From positions 434,001 to 498,000 of the forward strand of contig BAAIJX010000009.1 in the NCBI GenBank assembly GCA_054600435.1: DNA of 64,000 bases. The letters run 5' to 3'. The DNA comes from Neophaeotheca triangularis (Eukaryota). Shown here piece after piece: positions 10,652 to 22,511 of this stretch (position 1 is its first letter; each line of letters opens with the position of its first letter). The position numbers were made by a program, and so were the translations under genes. The notes under the pieces are model-generated. The model worked only from the letters and a program-made list of their open reading frames with translations. It was not told where the DNA came from and made no database searches.

Positions 10652-12811
10652 TCAATAATACGCTCTGGTGCCACCAGTCTCCCATTTACTTACCTTCCCC
10701 CCAGAGCTCGGCGTTGCAGCTTCACCCCCCTCCAACTGCTTATGTCCACCTCCCAAACTAATCCGACTACGACTCTTATTGCCCCCTTCATAGGGACTCT
10801 GCTCAATCCCCCTAGGCACAGCCCCAACCCACTCCCAAACCCTCCCCACATCGCCAGTCCTACTCTCCCTCACCGCAGACCTCACGTTCGCATTCCCTTC
10901 AACCTTACCCTGCACCCTCTTCCACAAATCCGCCCTACGCTTGGCACTGAATTCATCCCTGAGCACATCATCGCGCAAAAACGCAACACCAACGTGTCGG
11001 TCCTCGCTCACTTCGCCATCAGCATAAGCGGCGGCTTGCAGACGCAGCTGCTCGAAAACTTCAGACGCGAGGAGTTTGGCTTTGGCTTCGAGTTCGCGAG
11101 AGCGGCGCCAGTGGTGGCGGGCGTAGAAGGCACTTGCGAGCAGCGACAGCACCGTTACAAGACTTCGAAGATACTGTCTAAATGTCGCTGAGAGGGATCT
11201 TCGGACTGCGCAGCTGAGGGGGACTCGGGCGAGGCTGGTGGAGCGGAGGGTGAATTGTTTGGAACGGCTACAGGAGCCGCGGCGGCGCTGGTTAGTGTAA
11301 GCTCGAGAAATTACCAAGGGTCGGGGGTTACGAGGTGAGGGGGTTTCTAGGACTTACTCGTCAACGCCGCTGACGACTTCGTCGGCGGCTTGGATGTCGC
11401 CAAAGGCGCTGGACCAAAGGTCTTCCCATTCGTCGTCACTCATCTTTTTGCTGCGTTTGGAGCCGATTGTTTGCTTGAGGGTGCTTTCTTTGACGGAAGG
11501 GGTTGAGGTTTCGCCGCATTCGTAGCGGGCGGTATGCTGGCGTAGCTCTTCCACAGCGCGCTCTTTCACTGACTGGACTTTGCGAGCCTTCATGCTGTCA
11601 GGTTCACACGATGGCGCGAGTGGCACCACGCCGCCTAACGAGAGTGGGTGAGGCGTGAGGACAAAGTCCGGCTCGCAGACGGTGCGCAGCTCTTCGTAGC
11701 AGTAAGCGTGTGGAGGGCAGGGCTCGCATTCTGGTCGCAGCACCTCAGCCCAATCTGGGATGTGTACGCCAGCGACTTCGTGACTCGGCTGTCCTACACC
11801 ACAGTAGCCGACTTGCACCTTCTCTTGTCGCCAAAGCGCAGCCAATCCGCCTAGCATCGCGATAGTGACTGCAAGTGGCGCAAACTTGGCTGCTGGCTCT
11901 CGTCGCTTGGGACGACGCGTAGAGACCAGCTCGCCAGACCGTTGCGCTTGCACCAGCTCTTGTTGCTCCTCGGGCACGAACTCCTCACTTGGCTCGACAC
12001 TGTCCGCATCTCCCTCCTCTTCAACCTCTTCAGCGCCCGCCCGCATATCGAATGACTTTCTTGACGGCACGACTACGCCGTCTGTTTGGGGTCTCCTCGC
12101 AGCAGGGGCTGGTCTGCTGAAACCCTCCGTCCGCCTTCTAACCTCCTGTCGTCGAGCGTCCGCATCTCTGGCAGGTCCCAAAGTCGTGCGTCTCCGATCC
12201 GCCGGGGCAGGTGGAGACCTGGAACCCGCAGATTGGAAGACATTGTCGGTGGAAAACGGGCTATCATTCTCTGCTGCCTGCCCCCTCTGAGCGACACCTG
12301 GTGTGACAGCAGCCAGACTAGCCCTAGACTTTCTCGACGCGGGTCGCTTGGCCTCCGGCTCCACAGGCTCCTCGGGCTCCTCTTGAATTGCCACCGAACC
12401 ACGCGCATGCTTGCTGCTACTGCGTTTGCCGGTCGCGCTCTCCACAGGCGGGGCAGTAGAGTGACGTTTGCCTCTGGGCGTCTTCGTTTCCTGAACCTCG
12501 GCGGTGCTAGCGCGCGTAGTCCTCCTCCCAGTCCTCCTCCTCGCATCCTCAACACTGTCGTCCTCTACTTCATCCTTGTCGGCTTCGCTACCTGCGTCGA
12601 CGATGCCACGGCTAGAGCGCTTAACTCTGATGCTGGCGTCGCGCAAGCTGCTGGCCTGTGGTCGCACGCTTTGGTTGAAGATGTCGACGAGCTGAGATTT
12701 TTTGGCCGAAGAGGGGTAGGCGATGCTGTGAGCGACCAGAATGGAGCGCAGCTTGGGGACGGTTAGAGAGTTGGGATCGAAATCCGGGTCGAGGTAGGCC
12801 TGATCGTCCAT
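10652..12811 (-). CDS. SRC1: Inner nuclear membrane LEM/HeH and Man1-Src1 C-terminal domain protein; intron 11357..11268
   Basis: N-terminal YLDPDFDPNSLTVPKLRSILVAHSIAYPSSAKKSQLV (HeH), a TM segment, GYCG...CEPCPPHAYC, a second TM segment and a C-terminal LRDDVLR...VWEW. The intron is GTAAGT...CTAAC...TAG. Confidence 0.88.
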
Positions 12812-13260
12812 GTTGTCGCAAAGTGTATAAGATTGCGACGAGCAGGCAACTTGACGGTGTAGGTACGCGACGGCCTTTTTCTTGTCAGGTCGCCTTGAAG
12901 TATGTCCGTCTCGTTTGGGAAAGGATGTCGTGGGCAGCGGGGTGAAGAAGAGGGCAAGTGGGAAAAGATGGGTGCAAGTGAAAGTGTTGTCTGGTCGCAC
13001 AGGTAAACACAAGGCCAAAGCGGCCTAGGCTGCACTACCCACCCACCCTCCCGCTCCCGTCCCGTCTCGGAAGCTTGGCCCCCACTTCCACACGTACGTC
13101 AGGTGCTACCAGAGCTTCAAGCCGACCCTAGCTCCAAAGGTCTATCAAAATTTCCTAGACTGAAGAAAACTACAACCATAACAACAACACCCTGCTGAAG
13201 CAATAAGAAGAATAGTCATTCAGTCAAACAGTAAGAGGCCAAAGACAAAACCCACCAACC

Positions 13261-14136
13261 ATGGCCGAAACCTGCGCAAAGTGCTCCGGGCTCCTCGTCA
13301 TCGACCTCGCCGACTCCGACTCCGAAGGCGACAACCCCATGAGCAACGACAACAACACCATCCCGGACGACGTGCATCTCCCCTGCGCCTGTCATTTCCA
13401 CTGGGAATGCCTAGTCGACAACTACGAACTGGGCAAATGCCCCTCGTGCTCCGCCAACATAACCTCAACCCCCTCCGCCACCGCCAGCTCCTCCTCTTCC
13501 ACCCCAAGCCAGGAACCCAAACAACAAGTCCTCGTGACCCTGCACAATGAAGGTGGCGTGCAGGAAAACCTAGACATCCTACCCATCCTGACGGAAGAAG
13601 CCTACCTGCGCGCTTACCCGGAAGAACGCCGCAGCCGCGCCTTCCTGGAATTCTGCCGTGAAGGCGACCACCGCGCCGTGATAGACGTACTCACACGACC
13701 GCAAGGCGACGAAGACGAAGACGACGACGATGAAGGCGACGTGGACATGTCTTCGCCCAATACCCTCGTCAACAGCAAATCACCCGATCAAATCCTGCGG
13801 TACCAAGACCCTTTGGCGCACGGGCAGAGTGGATTGCACGCCGCGGCGGCCAATGGGCACCGCGAAGTCGCGTGGTTGCTGTTGCTGTTGGCGAGTGAGG
13901 TGCCTGAGATGGAGTTTCCGGCGCTCGTGTTTCAGGAAGCTGCGGCGCTCGGGGTTATGCGGGAAAGCCAGGAGGGGAAGGCGGATATTAGAGGGTTGAG
14001 GGATGAGTTTGGCAGGTCGGCGGAGGATGTAGCGAGGGAGAGTGGGAGTGCTGTGTGGCAGGGTTGGATTGGGAGTGGGAGGTTGGCTTTGCCCGGGGGA
14101 GGTGGGGGGTCTTCTTCTGGGGCTGTGACTGTCTAG
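13261..14136 (+). CDS. RING-finger plus ankyrin-like protein
   Basis: CAKC...CACHFHWECL...CPSC zinc-ligand pattern and an ankyrin-like GQSGLHAAAANGHREVAWLLL. Confidence 0.75.
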   Translation: MAETCAKCSGLLVIDLADSDSEGDNPMSNDNNTIPDDVHLPCACHFHWECLVDNYELGKCPSCSANITSTPSATASSSSSTPSQEPKQQVLVTLHNEGGVQENLDILPILTEEAYLRAYPEERRSRAFLEFCREGDHRAVIDVLTRPQGDEDEDDDDEGDVDMSSPNTLVNSKSPDQILRYQDPLAHGQSGLHAAAANGHREVAWLLLLLASEVPEMEFPALVFQEAAALGVMRESQEGKADIRGLRDEFGRSAEDVARESGSAVWQGWIGSGRLALPGGGGGSSSGAVTV

Positions 14137-14481
14137 GTTCGAGTAGGAGAGGGTTTGGGTTTGTGCGTGATGTGTTGTTGAGCGAGGCGTTGGTGGTTGG
14201 GAATGATGTACGGTCAAAGGGCATGAAGGTCCCAAGTGGCGTTGATTGAAAAAAGTGAGCTTAGTCATGCTATCAATCGTGGGCTCTGGCGACTCAGCAG
14301 CCGCACATGCAAGTATTTTATTTGGACTGTTTCCAGTGTATGCTTTCAACCTATGCTCCTAAGCCATGAAACGCCAATACAGGCCAAGCAGTTGAGCGTA
14401 GCCAACCAAGTCCCCTTTTCAAAGCAACAACAAAGGGGTATGACGGGTGTTGAACGCCATAGATAGGAAATGCACACATCA

Positions 14482-17400
14482 TCACTTCTTCACACCCTCC
14501 GCGCCCTTACCCTCGCCTGATGCGCCAGGAACAGAACCGGTTTTATTCCGCAGGACCCTTTGCCGACTCAACAATTGGCTGATCAGAAAGTGCCCCACAT
14601 CCTCATCCGCCCAATAGCTCAAATGACTGGCAATAGCAGCCAGCAGATTGATATCGAAAGCACCTTCTTGGATGGCATAGTCGACCCGACCGTTGCCGTT
14701 GAGACGCCGTACTTTCTCCTCTTCGCGCTTGAGCCGGCGCTCGCGCTCCCGCGCTTCCAGGTCCTCGGCGCTGTGGGCTTCTGTCTCGGGTTTGGCGCCG
14801 AGGTCGCGTGTGTTGGTGTCGGAAGAGATTGAGCGCCGGCGTTTCTGGTAGCCGGAGTAGAGCGTTTCGAGTTGGCCGGAGATGAGGGTTGGAGGGCGGT
14901 TGGGGGGCGTAGTTGATGTACTGGAGGAGTCGGAGACGTGGGCGATTTCAGTGCCCTCGGCTGGTAAGGGCGCGAAGGGAATTACGCCAGCTTGGACGTT
15001 GGTGCCCGCGCCTGATGAGAGGGCGTTCGCGAGTTTGGGTGCCTGGGGTGGCTGCGAAGGTGCTCTGTCGGCGCGGGCGCTGCTTGCTGTTGCTGTCGGT
15101 GTGTCGTCGCCTGTGTAGCCTAGGCCGCGGGTGAGGAGGCTGGAGGCGATACCCGAGGACATGCTGGACCAAAGGGAAGAAACAGATTGCCCGACCCGTG
15201 CGCCTATGCCGGTGAAGCCTTGACCCACGGGTGCGCCGAAGATGCCGCGTTTGGTGTAGGGCAATGGCTGTGGTTTGAGAGAAGCCATCGCGGGGGAGAT
15301 GAAGGGCTCGATGCGATACGAGATGGGATCCGTGGGATGGAAGATGTTGAAGATCTGAGCGCATTTGGGCGAAGACACGGAGAGATCGCTAGGGACTTCG
15401 TCGGGAAGCTTAGGACCTTTGGGGCGGCCGGTGGAAGCCGTGGGATCAGCAAGGAACGGATCTTGCATGCTGCGAAGCTGACGGCCACGGTCGCTTGTGG
15501 GAGCTCGTGCCGCGATCGTACGCCCTTTGAGCATTTGGAAGAGGCCAATAGGAGAGCCCAATGCGTAAAAGTCGGAAACCTCAAAGTCCAACATCAGAGG
15601 ATGATCCTTCTTCGACTTGCCCTGTTTGTGCTGCTCTTGGCTGCACAAGATGTCGAACATGATCGCTGAGCCCAATGAATGACCAATCATGCTGACCTTG
15701 CCGTTGAAAGTAGGATTGCGGTCGATGAAGAGATGGTAGATCCTATTGCACTCTTGCAGGACTATGCGGCTGATGTGATCTTTGTACGCCGGCGACTGAT
15801 ACAACAAGATGTCAAGGGCCAGGTCGGTGATTAGATTACGAACAGCAGGCACCCCCTCAACCGAGATGTCTTCCAAGTTGGGGTAGTCTTCCTCTTCACC
15901 AAAGCCTGAGTCGGCCAAGTCATGTTCTTTGCGGTTGTGCTTGAGGCTCTGCTTGGGGAAGTCGAGCAAATGTCGCCAGCAAATTGGAAGCACCTGGATG
16001 CGGCAATTGTTGGTCAAAGTATCAAGCTCTGCATTCAGTGCCTTCAGGTCTGGAGACTCTGCATAAACGGCTTTTAGAGTCTTTCGCAAGGTGTTAACGT
16101 CGTGCACGAAGTTGACACTTTCCAGTCGAAGACCCAAACGTTGGCCAATGCCGTGTGTAACCAGGATGAGATGCTCAATTTCACGGTCCTGATCATCACC
16201 ATCCTGCTCTCGATAGTCGTCTTCGATTTCCTTTTCGTCACGTCTTCGGCGCTCCTCCTCCTGCTTGTCGGGATCTTCACTGGCTTGATCGGACAGTAGA
16301 GTTGACATTTGGCGTTCGAGTGTCTGGCGTCTATTCTCCGAGTTCGTGCTTGGACGACCCTCCTCGGGTGGCTCTTCGCCATTCATAACCTTGTTGTCGT
16401 GCTCTCTTTGCAGGCGTTCTTGACTCGGCGATCGCTTTGTTGCGGTGTTCTTGCCATCCGCAGTGTCTGTCTTCTTGGGTGCCACACTGTAGCCCCTCGT
16501 CATCTTCATGCCAGCGAAATGGCCGCCACCCGCAAATCGTGAGTACATGGTGTAATTCATCCTTGACATGAAGTCATCTGTGAGTAACCAGGCCGTCGCT
16601 CCATCTTGATAGGTAACCACTGAATTCATGTGCGAGCCAAAGAGGCGGTACGTGTTTTGAGGCGGTTCATCAGGTTTGGCAGGCTCTGTCTTGCCATCTC
16701 TGGGCGTCTCTTTGGCTGCAGACCGGAGATCGGGATTGGAGGGTTTGGCAGCAAGAGGATTTGAAGAGCCCTCTCTAGCCATCTCCTTCTCCGCTTGCCC
16801 TGGTGCCCATGATGCAGGTCGACCGCCCCTTTTCTTTTCCGCTGCGTGGGATTGAGCGGTAGGAAGTTTCCATGCCTGAGTCTTGAGATAACCCTCCTCG
16901 AGCTGAGAGGCCAGATTCTCGTCGCATGGTCTTTGGATCCCACCATCCTGATAAAACCAAGTTCCTCGGCGAATATCGTAAACAGGTCCCAGCCAGTAAG
17001 CAGGCAACAGCTCTCTGCGCTCGACATCAACGTCAAACAGGTAGTCCTCGTTGACTGGCACTTTCACTCTTCCAGGCTGATCTCCATCGTTGAGACCCAC
17101 ATTTGGCCTCTTCTTGTCCGTCGAAGGCCCCTTTGCCATACCAATATCTCCACCATCTCCATGCAATTGCTTTGTCTCATGCGCATCCTCTTCATCGGCG
17201 ATCTTGTTGAAAGCAGTCTCTATAGCCTTTGAATCCCTTTTCGAAAAAGCCGCGTACTTCTTAGGCGCCCCCGGCGGCTTCTCCTCCTTCTTGTTCTGGC
17301 CGGAAGGATTCGGTCGCCGCTTCGGGACATCGACAGCATGAAACCACTGCACCCGCAGCGGCGGGCAATCCCTGGGGTACTTCCTCAGACTCAATCGATG

Positions 17401-17589
17401 GCGGGTGCTAATCCGATGATCGGCGCCCTTTTGCTCCTGCAAGACAGCCTCCGGCGGCTCGCCATCCTTGCCCTTACTCGGTGCGACCGACGGACTCCTC
17501 GTCCAGGGCGAAAGCTTACCGAGACTCGACTTGAGATAACCTTGGTTTTGATCGTGCGGGCCGGGAGTTTGGTTCCCCTGCGAGGCCAT
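14482..17589 (-). CDS. DDHD-domain phospholipase A1 (DDL1-like)
   Basis: HLILVTHGIGQ, lipase motif GHSLGS, GSPIGLF, FNIFHPTDPISYRIEP and SHLSYW. The first ATG in the ORF is at 17589. Confidence 0.88.
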   Translation of the reverse strand: MASQGNQTPGPHDQNQGYLKSSLGKLSPWTRSPSVAPSKGKDGEPPEAVLQEQKGADHRISTRHRLSLRKYPRDCPPLRVQWFHAVDVPKRRPNPSGQNKKEEKPPGAPKKYAAFSKRDSKAIETAFNKIADEEDAHETKQLHGDGGDIGMAKGPSTDKKRPNVGLNDGDQPGRVKVPVNEDYLFDVDVERRELLPAYWLGPVYDIRRGTWFYQDGGIQRPCDENLASQLEEGYLKTQAWKLPTAQSHAAEKKRGGRPASWAPGQAEKEMAREGSSNPLAAKPSNPDLRSAAKETPRDGKTEPAKPDEPPQNTYRLFGSHMNSVVTYQDGATAWLLTDDFMSRMNYTMYSRFAGGGHFAGMKMTRGYSVAPKKTDTADGKNTATKRSPSQERLQREHDNKVMNGEEPPEEGRPSTNSENRRQTLERQMSTLLSDQASEDPDKQEEERRRRDEKEIEDDYREQDGDDQDREIEHLILVTHGIGQRLGLRLESVNFVHDVNTLRKTLKAVYAESPDLKALNAELDTLTNNCRIQVLPICWRHLLDFPKQSLKHNRKEHDLADSGFGEEEDYPNLEDISVEGVPAVRNLITDLALDILLYQSPAYKDHISRIVLQECNRIYHLFIDRNPTFNGKVSMIGHSLGSAIMFDILCSQEQHKQGKSKKDHPLMLDFEVSDFYALGSPIGLFQMLKGRTIAARAPTSDRGRQLRSMQDPFLADPTASTGRPKGPKLPDEVPSDLSVSSPKCAQIFNIFHPTDPISYRIEPFISPAMASLKPQPLPYTKRGIFGAPVGQGFTGIGARVGQSVSSLWSSMSSGIASSLLTRGLGYTGDDTPTATASSARADRAPSQPPQAPKLANALSSGAGTNVQAGVIPFAPLPAEGTEIAHVSDSSSTSTTPPNRPPTLISGQLETLYSGYQKRRRSISSDTNTRDLGAKPETEAHSAEDLEARERERRLKREEEKVRRLNGNGRVDYAIQEGAFDINLLAAIASHLSYWADEDVGHFLISQLLSRQRVLRNKTGSVPGASGEGKGAEGVKK

Positions 17590-18384
17590 ATTGCCAACGT
17601 CCTTGCCCCATGAGTGACCTGACTCTCGGCGGCTGAGCGAGACGGTTGCCCGCGGGGTGTCGCTATTGGGAAGGATGAATGGGAAGTTGCGGCGGATGTA
17701 AGACTGGAGAGAGGAGGTTCGAGCCAACTTTGCGGATTGCTGGGCTATTATGTACAGGGCGAGACAGGGCGGATGTTCCAGCGCAGCGGTTCCTCAGACG
17801 ACTGGCTACTTTTAGTCATCTGAAGTTGGCAGCAAGCACGACGCACTCGAACAAGGTGTCAGAAGGCGTTGGAAACGTCGTCCTTGACTTGTTGTCTCAT
17901 CCAACTGGAAGTCTAAACGTCTACCTACTAGTATCCTATTAGTACCTATAAGGTGGGAGAGGTAACCTTAGTTGACACATGTACCTTGCTACGTCAGCCT
18001 CGGCAGGGGAAGCACCAACAACCGCCAAGCTTTGGCTGCAAAGTGCCGTCCGCGCTGTCTCCTTCCGCCGCACGCACAGCAATAAAATCCAGCGTGTTTC
18101 GTTTCTTCAGGTGAGCACATCCAGCAGACTGTCAACACCACCTGGGCACACCACTGCAGCACCTCACACGCTGCTGTCTCGCTTGCGCATTGCTGCTGTC
18201 TCTGATGACTTGCATCGTGCTGGAGCGGCTGTGTATCAGCCATCGCGTGCAGCATGCAGCTTGCTCAGAAGAAACAAAAAGAGCTTGCATCCGCGTTCAT
18301 CACTCATTCAAAAGCACCGTAAGGCCACTGTAGACTTGGTCCGCTAACATGGAGACACAGAGCACAGCCTTTTAGCAAAACAAC

Positions 18385-18864
18385 ATGTCCACCTCAACGC
18401 CGGAGAAAGAGCACATCGAGCACCTGGTAGCGACCAAGCTCCCAGGCTCGCCCATCTACGCATTCCTGCTCACACCCGTGCGCATCATCTCCGCCTCACC
18501 TGGCCAATTCATCGCCCGTCTCCCCCTGGCAGACGTCCACATGAATAGCGGTGGCTCGATCCACGGCTCCGTGTCCGCAACTATAGTGGACTGGGCAGGC
18601 GGCATGGTGATTGCGACGCAAGACCGTCGCGAGAAGACGGGCGTCAGCGTAGACATCCATGTCAGCTACCAGTCCGGCGCGCGAGCTGGCGACGAGATAG
18701 AAATCGAAGGGATGGCGGAGAAGGTGGGTGGAAGCTTGGCTTTCACGCGCATCACCATCTTCAAGGTCGATGGCGAGGGAAAGCGAGGCGCCATTGTCGT
18801 GCGTGGCTCGCATACCAAGTTCGTCAAGGGTACTGGTGGCGGAGTTAAGCCGGCGGGCACGTAG
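18385..18864 (+). CDS. PaaI/hotdog-fold acyl-CoA thioesterase (ACOT13-like)
   Basis: HMNSGGSIHGSVSATIVDW, GVSVDIHVSY, KVGGSLAFT and GSHTKFV motifs. Confidence 0.88.
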   Translation: MSTSTPEKEHIEHLVATKLPGSPIYAFLLTPVRIISASPGQFIARLPLADVHMNSGGSIHGSVSATIVDWAGGMVIATQDRREKTGVSVDIHVSYQSGARAGDEIEIEGMAEKVGGSLAFTRITIFKVDGEGKRGAIVVRGSHTKFVKGTGGGVKPAGT

Positions 18865-21800
18865 TCTGCTGCTTAAAGGTATACCTGTGCTGTCTGGTCC
18901 TTTGGGAAGGGAGGAGCATGGAGGCTGCGACGTCAACACGGCGAAACCAAAACCCCCTGCCTTCTTTGCGTGTGGCACGGTACATTCACTTTGAGTGACC
19001 GCACTCACTCTTGTAGGGGAGAATAAATGTCTTCTGTGCTTTAGAAGCTGCTGTGAGCGTCTCGGCGCTATGAGCAGTTCGCAATTCAATGGAGACTACA
19101 GACCATAGTACCTAAGAAACCGATACATGAGACGAGCATCTTTGATAACAAACTTTTTTCTCACGTTCTTAGAACCCGTTGACAACCATACCATACCGTA
19201 GTCATATCTCTGGTTCCGTACCGAACATGGGCTCTGGATACAGCGCAGCCCTACAAGCAATGTGGAACTCAATCCCACATCTTGCAGCGCCTATCCTTCA
19301 TACCTAGTAAGCACCGTACTGTATGTGAGTATGTCTTGCGTCTGCGCCTTGCAGCATCTCGCATCCCTCCAATCTGGCGCCGGCAATTTTGTAAATCACG
19401 ACTACAGGAATCTAATATCACTGAGCGCTCTTACTACAAAAGTCTCGCGGATAGATCATTATTCTGTAGTAGATACCGGCAGTGACACGCAGCAGCTATC
19501 CCCCTACCCCCTCGCTGGCAGCCTTTACCGCTACATACAGTACGTCCACTGTCAAGGTCCGTCGCGCTCCGCACGCGCGAGACAGAGGTGCAGCGGGCCA
19601 CCCTTGCACTACAGTACAGTGCAGTACAGTACTGTACGTACGCGGTCGGGCGCAGGCAACGCGAGATCAGATCTACTGCCGAGGCGTACCTACTTTACCT
19701 ACTACTGTGCATACTGTGCATACATACTGATCAAGTAGGCGATGGAAAGTCGACGCAACGCCGTGGCCTTGCGAGACGTTTGACAGTCGCCGGAGAACAA
19801 TGGACGATCGAGTTAAGGTTCCCGTCATCATCAATCACATGCGCAACCAGCTTTGGCAGACTAGACCACGCTGTATTTCTGTTTCTTCTCTTTTTTTTTT
19901 TTTTTGTTTCCGTTGAGAATTGGCCGGGTGGCACAGCTTGATGGCGCCCCACGAGACTGGGTGGTGAGTTGATAGCGTAGAGAAAGGTGAAGGCTGGGGC
20001 TGGAGGAGGACATCTCGTGAGACGACGAGAAAGAGTCGGGCGAATCACGAGACGGCGTTTGTCCCCGCTTCGGCTGCGAGTCACCTGGCGTTCCGCGTGG
20101 GTCGAAATGGCGGTGAGCGAAAGGGCAAGATCTCCACCATCAACCTTGTCCTCGTTGCCGTAACCCAAACACTACACATTTTTTGTTATTACCCCGCCGG
20201 CCTGGGCTGGAAGGCTGTTAGCCCGTTGTCGTTGTTTTGTTCGCTGGTGGCCTGCTTGTTGTTGATCGCGATGCGAGATGATAATCATAATAACAATAAC
20301 AATCATAATCATAATGCATGGGGACTCGCGAGGCAGACGTTCCGCCGTCCCGCTGGTGAGCGATCCTCTGCTCCGGGCTCCTCCACCATCCAATCTGTAC
20401 GCACGGCTAATCACATGTTGACAAGTCGTACAGATGTGTTTCATGTGTCCCTATCGGGGCCTCACGAGGGCGGAAAGAGGAAGCAGCACGTGTGTGGAGG
20501 GAGGGAGGCCGCTGGAGGCGTGGGTGAAGGAATGTACCTAGGTACGTATCCTGTAGCGCCGGGCCGTTTGTGCTCCAAGCTAAGGTAGCTGGCATCATCT
20601 ATCTACTAATTACTACCTTACTGTGAGAGTAGTGGCGCTCGTTTTGAGTTGCCCAGACCCTACATACCCACCCCTACGACGTGTCAAGCTGCGATTCGAG
20701 AGGGCGTTTTGGGGAGAGGAGTCCTGACTTATACGTTTCCGTACCATTGGGCCCGAGGGTGAGGGCTGGCCCTGGTTTTCCGAACGACACTACCCACTAG
20801 TAGGTAATGGGTACCTGTACCTTCAACGAGCGGGTGACGCGGCGGGTGTGGCCACGGTACCTTAGGCAGGAAGATATCGTGGAGATTGTTGCTGGTGTCT
20901 GGGTGGAAGCTTGGCCGTCATGCGCTGTCCATTTCGCGATGCCTCGCTGATCTCCGCTATCGTCGTCAATCGTCAACGATTCCGCACGTTGTTTTCCGTG
21001 ACCTGGTGTACCTAAGTAAGGCGTACTATGTAGGTGTACTACTAGTAGACGTGGCCCAGGCGCTTTTAGAGCCCACGCCCGTATCACCTGCAGCTGCAGC
21101 GGGAAGCGACGCGAAAGGGAAAGGCCGTTGGAGGGAGAGGACGGGCGGGAAGAACGACCTGCACCTGCAGCAACTTTGTGCATAATCGCTCTCGGACCGG
21201 CTCTGCTCTGTGCTGCGTGCATGGATGCTTGCGACTTCGATCAGATAACAGCTTCAATAATGTTGAAATCCACACATTCGTGTTGACTTGATGGTGGTGC
21301 GAGCAACTCCAGTCTTCATACCAAGCTGTCATCTGGCCAGCCCTCGCACAGAGGAACGACTACACACTGTCGTCACCCTGGAAGCCTTAATCTATTCATT
21401 CTAGTGCTACTACCCGATATGGACCCCCTCTGCAAGCGAATGGTCTTTGTCGCTTTTTTAATCGACGGGCTCGTTTACAAATTAAGTACAATCAGTGTGA
21501 CGAGGACAGACGAGACGAGGCTTCAGAGTCACCAGCGATGCCAGTACAGTGGGAATGGGCTTGCCGCCACCGGATTCACTGGCCCCAACGCGTTCTGCTA
21601 TTGCTGACATCCCCACATCTCTTGGACATGTCTCGGACACGTAGAACTGTACAGATCGCGAGTACCTTTATGGGTGAGGTGATATTATTATCCCGAGTAC
21701 GAAGAACTCAATGGAAAGGTCAATATCGTGCCTTAGCTTAGCTTCATCTCTGCAGATATTTGTATCAAAAGCTCCTCCGCTAGGCGGACATGGCCGGCTG

Positions 21801-22511
21801 ATTGGAACGGCTCGATCGCTCAAGCTCGCATATTACTCTTGATCGATCAAAAGGGCAAACGGTGGGATGTGGCGTGTTCGGCTGCCTGTCACTCTCCTGC
21901 CGACCTGGTAAAGGAGAAGTTCATGCGTCCAAAGTGTCCGTCATGGGTAGGAAGTGGAAAAGAAAGGGTCGTTTCAGCAAGCGCGTTGTAATTCGTCGCT
22001 GTACTTCACGGGTCTGACACAACTTACGTTACAGCTGCAGCTGTGTTGAAGTGAGGAGAGGGCAATAATGCGAAGGTGATGATTGAAGAGCGATAAGGAA
22101 CTCAAAAGAGTAGTCAGTTAGGTAGTAGGTACTCTAGTAGTATCGGGCAAGTTGGAGAGCGTGACGGCGGCGAGCGAGGATTGGCTGAGAGGCTTTCCAG
22201 TTATGCTACGCTAGACACTACTACTACTGCTATTACTACAACCTAGGTAGGTACCTATTAGCTTGAGCCAACGGGCTCCACACGGTACCCGAGCAGAGAT
22301 CGAACTTCACACCTGCCTACCGTTTCTTGCCCGGAATCCTACAACGCCGCGGGCACGTCTCGATACAAGCCTCTCTATCGTCGGTCGTCGACTTCTGGAC
22401 CCGCAGTCAGTAGTCAAGCCCTGTTGTACTACCCAGTCTACAGCCCTTTTCGCACTAGGGACTTTACTTCCTAATAGACACGTACTCGCGGTACCTCGCC
22501 GGAGAAGAATG

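Noticed and set aside
12812..13018. Upstream in-frame extension of SRC1 (and likewise 17590-17727 for the DDHD gene)
   Set aside because: These are ORF-track TTG starts. Recognisable SRC1 sequence begins at the first ATG, and there is no independent support for either extension.
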